Positions 42,779 through 52,783 of a stretch of 64,000 nucleotides of DNA are shown one piece after another. The stretch lies in assembly GCA_034667685.1 (NCBI GenBank), contig JAXDQU010000106.1, forward strand, positions 11,610-75,609, given 5' to 3'. The notes beneath the pieces were generated by a model. It was not told where the DNA came from, made no database searches, and worked only from the letters and a program-made list of their open reading frames with translations. The translations under genes were made by a program, and so were the position numbers. The stretch's first letter is position 1. Each line of letters begins with the position of its first letter. This DNA comes from Thermoplasmata archaeon. Its GTDB lineage: Archaea; Thermoplasmatota; SW-10-69-26; JACQPN01; JAJPHT01.

Positions 42779-42800
42779 GGGGCTACTTGGGGGTTGCGGG
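42779..42800 (+). repeat. 22-bp direct repeat GGGGCTACTTGGGGGTTGCGGG, copy 2
   Basis: Exact copy of 35971..35992, ~55 nt downstream of the Gly-rich protein 3 stop. Confidence 0.85.
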
Positions 42801-43142
42801 TGCGGGCGTCTCCCGCTCGCGGTTGATGAGCCGCACGGCCGAGGCGCGCGTCTTGGCGCTGGGGGGCCACGCGATGTCGCGGCGCCCCTTCGCGTCGCGC
42901 TTGACGTCGTGGTCGGCGCGGGCGGGCGCGGGCGCGGCGACGGGGGCATCCCCGGCGCGGACCGCGCGCGGCGCGTGCATCGCGCGCATGACGTCCGCGC
43001 TGCGCAGCCACGCCTTGCAGCCCACGCAGGCCATCCCTCCGGCGCGGCTGAGCGTCACGAGGTGGGCCGCGTTGGCCCCCGCGCAGACGGGGCACACGAA
43101 CGGGATCAGGACGGGGGCGCGCGGAGGTGAGACGTTCAACAC
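42783..43142 (-). CDS. possible small zinc-ribbon protein
   Basis: 119-aa ORF with CPVC...CVGC (four Cys in a zinc-ribbon arrangement) near the N-terminus. Compositionally ordinary otherwise. Could be a GC-frame artefact. Confidence 0.25.
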   Translation of the reverse strand: MLNVSPPRAPVLIPFVCPVCAGANAAHLVTLSRAGGMACVGCKAWLRSADVMRAMHAPRAVRAGDAPVAAPAPARADHDVKRDAKGRRDIAWPPSAKTRASAVRLINRERETPAPATPK

Positions 43143-43173
43143 AACCTAGGGGGCCGCCAGGGACACGCCCGCC

Positions 43174-44682
43174 TTATAAGGCAGACGGGTCCGCGAGGGG
43201 TGGGAGCGCCTCCAGCGCGCCGCGCAGCGCCGGCCCTTCCGCCAGCGTGCCCACCGTGAGCACGTTGCCCATCTTGTGGACGGTCGGGTCGGTGACGCAT
43301 TTCTCGTTGCAGACGTCGACGAAGACGGCGTAGGGGCGGCCCTGGGGGTCGATGGCGGCGTCGATGAAGTCGTCCATCCCGCCGCAGCGCGTCTTGCCGC
43401 ACACGCCGCGCGCGAGGGGGTTGGCCGGGTCGTTGGCGGTGACGGTGGTGGCGACGGGGTGCGCGTCCTTCGCGTCGGTCATGACGGTGAGGTAGCCGTT
43501 CCACGAGGCGTTGGCCCACTCGGGCGGGTCCTGCGCGGGGCTGGCGATGTCGGTGACCGTGCCCTCGGGGCCGGTCTGCTTGCCCGCGTACCCGCCGGGG
43601 ATCGTCGTGGCGACGTAGGCGAACACGAGGCGGCCGTCGGCGCCCGCGGCGAGGGCGGGGAACGCGGCGGCGGTGACCTCGGGGGGCGAGACGACGAGGG
43701 CGGGCGCCCACGTGACACCGTGGTCCTTGCTCCAGGCGTAGGTGGGCAGGCCCTTGTCGCTGATCCATCCCGCGTACACGGTGCCGTTGTCGTCGACGGC
43801 GAGGTTCACGTCGTGCACGACGCCGCTGTTGATCACGGCGGAGCCCTTCGCGATGACGTGCGAGGTCCACGTGAGGCCGTCGTCCTCGGTGACGCCGATC
43901 GTGGGGTTGCGGTTGCAGCCGCCGTGCGCGAGGAAGACGCGCCCGTCCTTGTCCGTGACCGGGTGGCCCAGCGAGTCGCCCGGGCAGTCGGTGGGGTCGG
44001 TCGTCTGCGGGAAGACCGTCACGACGGGGCCGAACGTGTAGCCGCCGTTGAGCGAGGTGGCGCACTCGGTCGTGACGCCGGTGTTCGTGCACGAGTAGAC
44101 GACATTGGGATAGAGCGGGCTCACGGGGAGCATGCGCGGCTTGGCGGCGACCATGCTCTGGTGGTCCGCGATGGGGACACCCGCGCCCACGCCGCAGCCC
44201 ACGGGGCTCGTGGTCCACGTGGCGCCCGCGTCGTCCGTCCACGAGAGGATCGCGCACTCGGCGTCGTTCTCGTTCTTGTAGACGCGCCCCGTCGTCGGGT
44301 CGAGGTACATGTACGGGTCGAGCGTCTGCGGCGGCGCGTGCTGGCCCGTGGGCAGCGTGGGCCCCACGTCCTTCCACGTCAGGCCGTGGTCCTCGGAGCG
44401 CATGATGGTGGGCTCGCCAGCCTGGAACGCCTCGGCGAAGATGCGCCCCTTGCTATCAATGCCCAGCGTGGGCTCGCCGCCCGAGGCGCCGGTGGAGAGC
44501 TGCAGGCCGCGGGCGGGCAGGGGCGCGGCGGCCGGGATCGCGCCGCCGCCGAGGACGTGGACCTCGCCCGCGAGCGAGGCGGGGAGCGTCGAGGCGCTCT
44601 GGACGGGCTGGGGGACGGCGCCGGGCGCGGCGCAGCCGGCGAGCAGGACGGCCAAGGCGAGGAAGACGAGCGCGAGACGCAT
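43174..44682 (-). CDS. BNR/Asp-box repeat (sialidase-like beta-propeller) lipoprotein
   Basis: Lipobox-like LAVLLAGCAAPG. Four Asp-boxes (SEDHGLTW, TDDAGATW, TEDDGLTW, SKDHGVTW). Start at MRLALVFLAL. Confidence 0.65.
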   Translation of the reverse strand: MRLALVFLALAVLLAGCAAPGAVPQPVQSASTLPASLAGEVHVLGGGAIPAAAPLPARGLQLSTGASGGEPTLGIDSKGRIFAEAFQAGEPTIMRSEDHGLTWKDVGPTLPTGQHAPPQTLDPYMYLDPTTGRVYKNENDAECAILSWTDDAGATWTTSPVGCGVGAGVPIADHQSMVAAKPRMLPVSPLYPNVVYSCTNTGVTTECATSLNGGYTFGPVVTVFPQTTDPTDCPGDSLGHPVTDKDGRVFLAHGGCNRNPTIGVTEDDGLTWTSHVIAKGSAVINSGVVHDVNLAVDDNGTVYAGWISDKGLPTYAWSKDHGVTWAPALVVSPPEVTAAAFPALAAGADGRLVFAYVATTIPGGYAGKQTGPEGTVTDIASPAQDPPEWANASWNGYLTVMTDAKDAHPVATTVTANDPANPLARGVCGKTRCGGMDDFIDAAIDPQGRPYAVFVDVCNEKCVTDPTVHKMGNVLTVGTLAEGPALRGALEALPPLADPSAL

Positions 44683-44765
44683 GCGCGCGCACGGCCGGCG
44701 GGCACACAAAGGCGTTGTGGTGCTGTCGCAACAATCCTCCACAACGATGATCGGCGCGCGCCCCG

Positions 44766-45131
44766 ATGTCCGAGGCGGTGTCGGTTGTGCGGACCCCTCT
44801 CTTCCTCGGCATGCTCCTCGTGACGTCCCTCGTCGCCCTCGCGCCCTCGGGCAACGCCGCCGCGAACGGCTGCGTCGACGCGGGCAGCGGCATCACCGCG
44901 TGCGGCGCGGCCGTCGCGGTCGGGTGCGGCGTCAGCACGGGTGTGGGCGCGGCGACCGGCATCGTCGCGTGGACGCTCGTGAGCAGCACCGAATCGGGCT
45001 CGAAGTCGTTCAGCCTGCGCGCGCCCGCCTTCGCCGGCGCCGCCGACGCGCCGTGCACCACGGCCTCGTGCACGACGGGCTTCCTCTACGCCAACGGCGT
45101 GCTTGTCTCCGAGAGCCAGACCGTGTGCTGA
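44766..45131 (+). CDS. small secreted Cys-containing protein
   Basis: Hydrophobic leader (LFLGMLLVTSLVALAPSGNAAA) then ~90 aa with 7 Cys, ending SQTVC. Gly/Ala/Thr-rich. Confidence 0.4.
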   Translation: MSEAVSVVRTPLFLGMLLVTSLVALAPSGNAAANGCVDAGSGITACGAAVAVGCGVSTGVGAATGIVAWTLVSSTESGSKSFSLRAPAFAGAADAPCTTASCTTGFLYANGVLVSESQTVC

Positions 45132-45244
45132 GGCTCAGAGCCGCTTCTGAGCCGCGGAGAGAAGGCGAAGCGTCCTCGCACCCAGGGGCCGCGCCCCCTT
45201 GACAAGGTACGCGGGCGGTGTTCACGCGGCGGAGCCCCCTGACC

Positions 45245-46072
45245 TCACGCGATGGGGTGCGAACTGACGTCGTTGACGGCCTTCTTGAGCCGCTTCAGGT
45301 CGAGTCTCTTCCTTGCGTGCGCATCGCGCTGCCAGGCGTCCAACGAATCGATGACCGTGTGCGCCTCGACGAGGTAGCATTCCGCGGCCTTCCACGTCAG
45401 GAGCTGATCCCCCTCCCTCCACGTGTGGACGAGCCAGATGCCGTTCTCGTCGTAATCGCGCGCCCACATCGAGTGCCCGCCGCCCGAGTTGGGCAGCCAG
45501 TCGCCGATCGCGGGCTGCCCGACGGGAATGTCCCAGGCCTTTGGGGGCGAGATGGACTCGAACGCCTTCGGGAGCGCAAGGCACACCGCGATCCCATGGG
45601 CGCCGCTCGAGGCGATCGCGCGGCGAACCTCCTGCTGGTCGAGGTGGTTGACCCTGACGTACGCGTCGATGGTCAGCGCGCGTCCGCTGGCGTCGCGGAT
45701 CGACAGCTCGGGGCGGCGCCAACGGTCGAGCGCGTCGGTCTCGTACGCGCCCTCGTCGTTGCCCCCGTAGAGGTCCGCGCACATCTTCTCGAACACGCGA
45801 AGCGGCTCGTCCTCGGCAATCTGCGGGACGTGCCCCGTCTCGAGCCGCTCCATGCGCAGCATGGCGACGGCCTGCTTCGCGATCGTGCAATCGTTGTGCT
45901 CTGTGTTGCCGTAGGCATGCCTGGCGAAAGGCGCCCTGCGGTTCCAGAAGCCCGTCGCCTTGGGAGGCTTCACGGTCCCCCGCGCGAAGGCTCCGAACAT
46001 CAGGGCTTTCGCCGACGTCTTCGGGGGCAGGCATCCGGTTCTCCTGTTCGCGAGTGGTGTTCGCATCATGGT
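45245..46072 (-). CDS. hypothetical protein, possible papain-like/CHAP-like Cys-His hydrolase
   Basis: ~275 aa. Candidate nucleophile in GNTEHNDCTIAKQ and His in GGGHSMWARDYDENGIWLVHTW. Assignment is speculative. Start at MMRTPL, abutting the upstream stop. Confidence 0.35.
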   Translation of the reverse strand, partial: TMMRTPLANRRTGCLPPKTSAKALMFGAFARGTVKPPKATGFWNRRAPFARHAYGNTEHNDCTIAKQAVAMLRMERLETGHVPQIAEDEPLRVFEKMCADLYGGNDEGAYETDALDRWRRPELSIRDASGRALTIDAYVRVNHLDQQEVRRAIASSGAHGIAVCLALPKAFESISPPKAWDIPVGQPAIGDWLPNSGGGHSMWARDYDENGIWLVHTWREGDQLLTWKAAECYLVEAHTVIDSLDAWQRDAHARKRLDLKRLKKAVNDVSSHPIA

Positions 46073-46821
46073 TCTTCCTTCAGCGTGATCTCGGGTCGAG
46101 CGGGCGCGCGCGGTGGCGGCGCAACGGGCCCTGGGACGCGGAGCGCGCCGCGCGTGGCGTCTTGCCAAGAACGCAGCACGTCGGGCGCGATGGGCTCGGG
46201 CAGGATGGGCGCGAGGTCCTTCGCGAGCCGCGCGGGATCCGCGGCGAGGAAACCGGCAGGGTCCTTGATCGCGGTCTTTGCGATCGCTTCCAGGAGCGCC
46301 GGAGGGATCGTCGGTAGCGCGAGGATCGCCGCCTTGTCGAGCGCGCGATCGAGGCTCGCGCCAAGCCTGAGGTTCGCGAGCGCTGCGCGCCCCGCGGCGG
46401 TCTGCGAGATGCGCATCAGGTCGTCCACCGAGAAGACGCGATGCGCGGCAAGCTTCTCAATCGCCTGATGCGGGAGCCCAAGCGTCGAGAGCGGCTGCGG
46501 CGCGCTCGGAAGCGGCGCGCGTGGCGCGTCTTGCGAGGGCCGCACGCGCAGGCGAAGCGTCGCGCCGCCCGGCGCCGCGTCGTTCGAGAGGCTCACGAGG
46601 ACTTGGCCCAGCTCGTCGAGACGCGCGCGGACGGGCAGCGTCAACTCCAGGTCGTCCAGGATGTAACAGCCTGACGCTCTCGGATGCCGCGCCAGCTCCT
46701 CGTGGATGCCCATCGCGGCGGAGGCGACGGTTTCGCCCAGCTCGTGCAGGACGACCTCGGAAGGGAGCGACGAGAGAGGCTCAACCGGCACGCCCGTCAC
46801 CTCCCGACGCCAGAAAGGCAA
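46066..46821 (-). CDS. hypothetical protein (possible HhH-like helical C-terminal region)
   Basis: 251-aa ORF. Region LGLPHQAIEKLAAHRVFSVDDLMRISQTAAGRAAL resembles a helix-hairpin-helix. No confident family. Confidence 0.35.
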   Translation of the reverse strand: MPFWRREVTGVPVEPLSSLPSEVVLHELGETVASAAMGIHEELARHPRASGCYILDDLELTLPVRARLDELGQVLVSLSNDAAPGGATLRLRVRPSQDAPRAPLPSAPQPLSTLGLPHQAIEKLAAHRVFSVDDLMRISQTAAGRAALANLRLGASLDRALDKAAILALPTIPPALLEAIAKTAIKDPAGFLAADPARLAKDLAPILPEPIAPDVLRSWQDATRGALRVPGPVAPPPRAPARPEITLKEEP

Positions 46822-46873
46822 GGCCGGAATGAGACGACCGCGGCTGCGCGAGAACCGCCGCCATCGTCGCGCC

Positions 46874-48061
46874 TCAGATGTTGATCCCGACGTCGGCGTT
46901 CACGTAGCCGAAGGACGCGTGGACGACCGTCGCGGCGGGAGGCTTCGTCTTGTCGAATTGCGCTCCTTCGCGGGACACCGTGATGACCACCTTGCCCGCG
47001 CTGTCCGTCTTGTCGGTTGTGGACTTGTACGTCCAGCTCAGGAAGGGGTCGCTCAGCGTGATGTCGATGGACTTGCCCGCGAGCGCCGTGCTGTCCACCT
47101 TCAGGAGCGTGAGGGTGACGTCCACGGCGCGCCCCGTGGGGTCGGGGGGCGACCCTCCAGGGGGCGTAGCGGGGACCACGTCCACGCGGGGTCCCGCGGT
47201 CAGCTTCAGCGAGGGGCCCTTCTGCACGATGACCGGCTTAGGAATCTGCATGTCGGGGCGCGGCTCCAACGTCGCGTCGAGATGCATGGAGCCCGCGGCC
47301 TGATCCGTGGACGTGCTCGAATCGCCGGATGCCGCGTAGGAGCCGAAGCTGTAACCGATGCTCCCCGACGCGCCCACGCCGTGCAGGCGGCTGTACGTGG
47401 CGGCCGCGCCCACCGAGAAGCCTTGGCTTTTCCCTTGGACGTTGAACCCGTTGGCGGTGTTGAACTCCGAGACCTTCATGTCGGCCGAGATGTGGACGGA
47501 CTTCCACAAGTAGGCGGGCGGCGTGATGTAGTTGATCAGCGGGAGCTTCATCACAACGGGGTGTCCGTCCACCAGCTGGCCATCGTCGTCGAGCTTCTGC
47601 TCGAAGACCGCGATGACGTCGATCATCTGCTGCGAGAGCGCCGAGGCCGTGACGACGAGGCCTGCGTCGAGCTGGGCCTGCGCTTCCGCGACGGCATCGC
47701 CAACCTTGCTCACGAGCAGACCGAACGCCGGTCCCCCTCGGGCGAGCTCGTCGGTGATGTCAGCATCCGGAGCGACCACGGGCGTCACGCCCATCTTCGC
47801 TTCGCCGACGTGCAATGCCGTGGGGTGCCCGGTCCCGCCTGCCGTGAGGGCCCCCTGCCGGAGATCGCGAGCGTCCTGCTGCGCGAGGCGGATGGCCCGG
47901 AGCTGCGCGGCCTGGGCGGCGTCGATGGCTTCCTGAACGTCCTTGGAGATGGGCGCCTTTCGCTGGCTGGCGTTCGACGATTCGTGCTTGCTCTTCTTGA
48001 CGTGCGTGAGTGCCACGTGATCAGACCTCCGGGCTCGCGAGGAGAAAGGATGTGATACCAT
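46874..48061 (-). CDS. hypothetical protein: N-terminal coiled-coil, C-terminal beta-rich region
   Basis: ~395 aa. N-terminal KKSKHESSNASQRKAPISKDVQEAIDAAQAAQLRAIRLAQQDARDL, then a Gly/Ser/Thr-rich beta region (GSIGYSFGSYAASGDSST...VDVTLTLLKVDSTALAGKSIDITL). Start at MVSHPF preceded by GAGGAA. Confidence 0.4.
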   Translation of the reverse strand: MVSHPFSSRARRSDHVALTHVKKSKHESSNASQRKAPISKDVQEAIDAAQAAQLRAIRLAQQDARDLRQGALTAGGTGHPTALHVGEAKMGVTPVVAPDADITDELARGGPAFGLLVSKVGDAVAEAQAQLDAGLVVTASALSQQMIDVIAVFEQKLDDDGQLVDGHPVVMKLPLINYITPPAYLWKSVHISADMKVSEFNTANGFNVQGKSQGFSVGAAATYSRLHGVGASGSIGYSFGSYAASGDSSTSTDQAAGSMHLDATLEPRPDMQIPKPVIVQKGPSLKLTAGPRVDVVPATPPGGSPPDPTGRAVDVTLTLLKVDSTALAGKSIDITLSDPFLSWTYKSTTDKTDSAGKVVITVSREGAQFDKTKPPAATVVHASFGYVNADVGINI

Positions 48062-48202
48062 TCCTCGCCGCGAGTCCGGTATGCGTGGACCTATGGGCTC
48101 CTCGGGTTTACGCCTTGCAGCGTCCATACGGTTGCTATAGGCGTTCCGAGCGGCAACGCCGACCATGCAAGGCCGAAAGCAGGGTCTCCGCGCGAAGGCG
48201 CG

Positions 48203-49240
48203 TTACAAGCGCTTCTGCGCGACGAAAAGCTCCGCACCCAGCACGTTGGACCCGGCCGCGCCGCGGATCGTGTTGGACCCGCTCGCGATCCAGCGCAGGT
48301 CTAGCACGTTGTCGGGCCGGATGCGCCCCACGCTCACGGCCATGCCCTTCTCCGCATACACGTCCTTGCGCGGCTGCGGCCGGTCGGGCTCGCTGCGCAC
48401 GTGGAGCGGGCGCAGCGGCGCGCTGGGCAGCTTGAGCTTCTGCGGCGCGCCCTGCCACGTCGCCATGACCTCCGCGGCTTCCTCGGGTGTGGGCTTGCTG
48501 CGGAACTGCGCGGTGATCGCGACGGTGTGCCCCTCCTGCACGGGGACGCGGACGCACGTCGCGCTCACGCCGATCTCGGCGAGCTTGACGCCCTCCGGCG
48601 CGACGGCGCCGAGGAACTTGCGCGTCTCCTTCTCCATCTTCTCTTCTTCGCCGCCGATGTGCGGGATCACGTTGTTCATGATCGCCAGCGACGGAACGCC
48701 AGGATAACCGGCGCCGCTGACGGCCTGGTACGTCGCGAAGAAGACCTTCTCCAGGCCGAACACGTCGTGAAGCGGCTTGAGGCTCATCAGCGCGGTGATG
48801 GTGCTGCAGTTGCCGTTGGTGACGATCTTGCCGCGCGTCTTCTGGCGTTCGACCAGCGCGAGGTGGTCCGGGTTGACCTCGGGCAGGAGGAGCGGCACGT
48901 CGGCGTCCCAGCGGTGGTCGCGGGCGTTGCTGAAGACGTGGATCCCGCGCTCGGCGAGCGAGGTCTCGATCGGCCCTGCCTTGCCTCCGGGAATGGCGCT
49001 GAAGACGAGGTCGACGTCGAGGTCGTCCGCGGGCGTCTTGACGCGCATGTCGCGCACCGATGCCGGCATCGGATCGTCGACGACCCACGTGGCGGCGTCC
49101 TTGTAGAGCTTGCCGGCGCTCCGCTCGGAGGCGACGAGCTCGGTGACGCGGAACCAGGGGTGGTTGTCGAGGAGCATGGCGAATCGCTGGCCCACCATGC
49201 CGGTGGCGCCGAGGATGCCGACTTTCACGGTCTGGGTCAT
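48203..49240 (-). CDS. asd: aspartate-semialdehyde dehydrogenase
   Basis: [15 protein letters not shown](P) motif, active-site NGNCSTI, QAVSGAG. ATG overlaps the lysC stop (ATGA). Confidence 0.85.
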   Translation of the reverse strand: MTQTVKVGILGATGMVGQRFAMLLDNHPWFRVTELVASERSAGKLYKDAATWVVDDPMPASVRDMRVKTPADDLDVDLVFSAIPGGKAGPIETSLAERGIHVFSNARDHRWDADVPLLLPEVNPDHLALVERQKTRGKIVTNGNCSTITALMSLKPLHDVFGLEKVFFATYQAVSGAGYPGVPSLAIMNNVIPHIGGEEEKMEKETRKFLGAVAPEGVKLAEIGVSATCVRVPVQEGHTVAITAQFRSKPTPEEAAEVMATWQGAPQKLKLPSAPLRPLHVRSEPDRPQPRKDVYAEKGMAVSVGRIRPDNVLDLRWIASGSNTIRGAAGSNVLGAELFVAQKRL

Positions 49241-50643
49241 GACGGATTCTCCTTGGGCGCCGGGCGTTCGAAGAGGAACTCGTGGTGGATGGCGCGCACG
49301 CAGGCGTCTCGGTCCTTGCGCTTGACGACGAAGTTGAGCGCGATGTCGGACGCGCCCACCGAGATCATCTCGATGTTGACGCCCGCCTTGCCCACGGCGG
49401 TGAAGATCTTGCCGGCGGTGCCCTGCGAGCTGCCGATGCCGCGGCCCACGACGCAGATCAGCGTCATGTCGGTGATGCCCTCGACGCTCTGGATGGTGCC
49501 CTCGCGGATCGACTCCAGCGCCTTGAGGCCGCGGTCGAGGTCCTGCTCCTCGATGAGCAGGGCGAAGCTGGCCTGGCTCGCGGCCATGTTGTAGACGTTG
49601 ACCTTGGCCTTGGCGAGCGCGTCGAACACCTTCTGGCCGATGCCCGGCGTGTACGCCATGCCGGGGCCGTAGATCTTCAGGATCGCGAGGCTGTCCTTGG
49701 TGGCCGCGCTGCGCAGCGCGTCGCGGCGCATCGAGGCGACGCCGGTGATCAGGGTGCCCTGGACGTCGGGCTGCTGCGTGTTGCGCACGAGGATCGGGAT
49801 GTGGTGGTCCTTGAGCGGCTCGACCGTGCGCGGGTGGAGGACCTTCGCGCCCACACCCGCAAGCTCCGCCGCCTCCTCGTAGGTCATCTCGGCGATGGGC
49901 TGCGCGTCCTTGAGGATGCGCGGGTCGGCGGTGAGGAAGCCGTCGACGTCCTTCCAGACCTCGAGGCGCTGCGCGCGCAGGGCGGCCGCGACGATGGCGG
50001 CGGCGTAGTCGCTCCCGCCGCGGCCGAAGGTGGTGACGCGGCCCACGGCGTCGCAGCCGAAGAAGCCCGTGAGCACCGGCGTGACGCCTTCGCGCAGGCG
50101 GCCCACGAGCGAGCGTTCGAGGTTGCGCTCGATGGCGCTCATGATGGGCGTCGCGTTGCCGAAGACGCCGTCGGTGAGCATGCCCGCCTCGTCCGCGTCG
50201 AGCGCTTCGGCGGGGACGCCGCGGCTGCGCAGGACGCCCGCGAGCAGGCGCACGCTCATGCGCTCGCCGAACGAGACGGCGAGGTCCTTCGTCTTGGCCG
50301 TGAGCTCCTCGGTGTACGCGATGCCGTAGAGCAGGCGCTCGAAACGTTGCAGCAGCGCGTCCATCTCCTGCGTGACGCGGAGCGTCTCGGGCTCCGTGGC
50401 GCCGGCCTCCTGCAGCGCGCCCAGGTGCTTGCCGAGCATCTCGCGCAGGAAGGGCTCGATCGCCCCCTCGTCGCGCTGCACGCGCGGGAGGACGTTGAGG
50501 ATCGCGTCGGTGACGCCGGCCATCGCGGAGATGACGACGACGCGCTCGGGCGGCGCCTGGCCCACGATGTCGCTGACGCGGACGAGCATCTTGCCCGACC
50601 CGACGCTCGTGCCGCCGAACTTCATCACGATCAATCGTACCAC
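49237..50643 (-). CDS. lysC: aspartate kinase (with C-terminal ACT domains)
   Basis: [21 protein letters not shown], two ACT repeats ([11 protein letters not shown]..., [11 protein letters not shown]...). Confidence 0.85.
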   Translation of the reverse strand: MVRLIVMKFGGTSVGSGKMLVRVSDIVGQAPPERVVVISAMAGVTDAILNVLPRVQRDEGAIEPFLREMLGKHLGALQEAGATEPETLRVTQEMDALLQRFERLLYGIAYTEELTAKTKDLAVSFGERMSVRLLAGVLRSRGVPAEALDADEAGMLTDGVFGNATPIMSAIERNLERSLVGRLREGVTPVLTGFFGCDAVGRVTTFGRGGSDYAAAIVAAALRAQRLEVWKDVDGFLTADPRILKDAQPIAEMTYEEAAELAGVGAKVLHPRTVEPLKDHHIPILVRNTQQPDVQGTLITGVASMRRDALRSAATKDSLAILKIYGPGMAYTPGIGQKVFDALAKAKVNVYNMAASQASFALLIEEQDLDRGLKALESIREGTIQSVEGITDMTLICVVGRGIGSSQGTAGKIFTAVGKAGVNIEMISVGASDIALNFVVKRKDRDACVRAIHHEFLFERPAPKENPS

Positions 50644-51713
50644 TCCTGGACCTGCGCCATGTAGGCGCGGAACGCCTGGCGGTCGGGCACCGCGGCCTCC
50701 AACGCATCAAGGCTTCGCCGGAGCCGCGCGAGCACCTCCGCGGTGTGCGGATTGAGGCGCTGGATCTCGTGGTAGAGGTCCTTGTTCTCGTGGGCGACCT
50801 CGCGGCTCACGGCGACCTGCTTCTGGAACGTGGGGCCGCCCAGGCCCCGGACCTGCTCGAAGGAAATCGGCTGCGAGGCGAGCGCGTGGCCGAACGCGAG
50901 CGCGACGGCGTGCGGAAGCCCGAGCACGAGCCCCATGTAGCGGTCGTGCTCCTCCAGGCCCATCTCGACGACGTGCGCCGCGGTGTGCGCGAAGAGGTCG
51001 CGCGCCGCGCGCGCCGCCTCCGCGTTCCCGCAGTCGCACACGACGAGGTTGCGCCCCGCGAGCAGGTCGGCGCCCGGGCCCCACATGGGATGGAGGCTCG
51101 CGACGCGCGTGCCGGAGGCGGCGAGCGCCCGCAGGGCGTCGGCGTGGGGCGCCTTGAGGCTCGCGATGTCCACGACGAGGCCGCGCGTCTTGCCCTGGAG
51201 CGCGCGCAGGGCGTCCGCGGTCGCGCTGGGCGGCGTGGCGAGGAGCACGAGGTCGTAGTCCTTCGCGGCGCTGGCGAAGTCCGGGACATGCTTGCGCCCG
51301 GGCGGCGCGCCGCGCGGGTCGGCGACGGCGACCTCGTGCCCCATGCTCTCGAGGAACTCGACGAACCAGCGCCCCATGTTGCCCGCGCCGCCCACCACGA
51401 GCGCCTTGCCCGCGTGGCCGTCGGCCTTGACGCGGCCGGCGCGGTCCTTCTCCTGCACGCGGAGGCTCTCGCGGATCTCCAGCTTGAGCAGCTCCTCGGC
51501 GACGTTGGGATCGACGCGCAGCGCGCTTGCGGCCTCGCGCACGAGGCGGATGGCCTCGGCCTCCACCACGTAGTTGCGCACGGGCTGGTGCGCCGCGGCC
51601 TTGATATCACCGACACGCCGCGCGAGGTCGAGCCGGCGGGCGGTCATCTCGACGAGGGCGCGGTCGATGGCGCGGATCTCGTCGCGCAGCTTCGCCAATT
51701 CCTCTTCGCTCAG
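50631..51713 (-). CDS. tyrA: bifunctional chorismate mutase (AroQ) / prephenate dehydrogenase (TyrA)
   Basis: N-terminal AroQ helix (SEEELAKLRDEIRAIDRALVEMTARRLDLARRVGDIKAA), then PDH with ALVVGGAGNMGRWF and MGLEEHDRYMGLVLGLPH. Start uncertain: no ATG. Either a CTG overlapping the aroC stop (CTGA) at 51713 or a GTG at ~51764. Confidence 0.7.
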   Translation of the reverse strand: MSEEELAKLRDEIRAIDRALVEMTARRLDLARRVGDIKAAAHQPVRNYVVEAEAIRLVREAASALRVDPNVAEELLKLEIRESLRVQEKDRAGRVKADGHAGKALVVGGAGNMGRWFVEFLESMGHEVAVADPRGAPPGRKHVPDFASAAKDYDLVLLATPPSATADALRALQGKTRGLVVDIASLKAPHADALRALAASGTRVASLHPMWGPGADLLAGRNLVVCDCGNAEAARAARDLFAHTAAHVVEMGLEEHDRYMGLVLGLPHAVALAFGHALASQPISFEQVRGLGGPTFQKQVAVSREVAHENKDLYHEIQRLNPHTAEVLARLRRSLDALEAAVPDRQAFRAYMAQVQEWYD

Positions 51714-52783
51714 GGGCGCGCCTCCAGGAGCAGGTCGAGGAGCACGCACGCGGCGAGGCTCTCGACCACGGGGACGGCGCGCGGCACGATGCAGGGATCG
51801 TGGCGCCCCTTCACCTTCAGGTCGGCGGGCTGGCCCGTGGCGAGGTCCACCGTGCGCTGGGTCAGCGGGATGCTGCTCGTGGGCTTGAACGCCGCGCGGA
51901 AGCGAAGCGGCATGCCCGTCGTCATGCCCCCGAGCGCCCCGCCGTTGTGGTTTGCCTTGGTCGCGACGCGGCCCTCGCGCATCTCCCATTCGTCGCGCGC
52001 CTCGCTGCCGCGCATGCTGGCGAGGCGGAAGCCGTCGCCGAACTCGACGCCTTTGACTGCGGGCACCGCAAAGAGGGCATGGGATAGCATCGACTCGACG
52101 CTGTCCATCAGCGGATCGCCGATCCCCGCGGGCAAGCCTTCGGCGACGCATTCGACGACGCCACCCACGGAATCGCCGGCCTTGCGCGCGGCCTCGACGG
52201 CGTCGACCATGTCCTGCGCGGTGCCGTAGACGGCGCAACGGGCGGGGGTGGCTTCGACGCCCTTGCGGATCTCGGCGACGTCGAGCTGCGCGTCGGTCCA
52301 GACGTGGCCGATTCGAACCGAGTGGGCCGCGATCTCGGCGCCGCGGGTCGATAGCACTTTGGCGGCGAGGCTGCCGGCCATCGTCCACGCGGCGGTGAGG
52401 CGCCCGCTGAAGATGCCGCTGCCGCGCGGGTCGTTGTGGTTTTGATAGCGCACGCCCGCGGGATAGTCGGCGTGGCCGGGGCGCGGCGTGCGGCGCAGGT
52501 CGGCGTAGTCCTGGCTTCGGGGGTCCTCGTTCGCGATCTCCATGAGGATCGGCGCGCCGGTGGTCTTGCCTTCGAAGACGCCGCTGCGGATCTTCACGCG
52601 GTCCGCCTCCTGGCGCTGCGTGGTAAGGAGGCTCTGGCCGGGGCGGCGGCGGTCCATCTGGGGCTGGACGTCGGCCTCGCTGAACGGGACGCCGGGGGGC
52701 GCGCCGTCGACGACGACGCCCACCATCTCGCCGTGGCTCTCGCCGAGGACCGTGAGGCGGTAGCGGCGGCCGATCGTGTTCAT
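51710..52783 (-). CDS. aroC: chorismate synthase
   Basis: Signature blocks (LTVLGESHGE, GRHDPCIVPRAVPVVE). ATG overlaps the aroA stop. Confidence 0.85.
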   Translation of the reverse strand: MNTIGRRYRLTVLGESHGEMVGVVVDGAPPGVPFSEADVQPQMDRRRPGQSLLTTQRQEADRVKIRSGVFEGKTTGAPILMEIANEDPRSQDYADLRRTPRPGHADYPAGVRYQNHNDPRGSGIFSGRLTAAWTMAGSLAAKVLSTRGAEIAAHSVRIGHVWTDAQLDVAEIRKGVEATPARCAVYGTAQDMVDAVEAARKAGDSVGGVVECVAEGLPAGIGDPLMDSVESMLSHALFAVPAVKGVEFGDGFRLASMRGSEARDEWEMREGRVATKANHNGGALGGMTTGMPLRFRAAFKPTSSIPLTQRTVDLATGQPADLKVKGRHDPCIVPRAVPVVESLAACVLLDLLLEARP

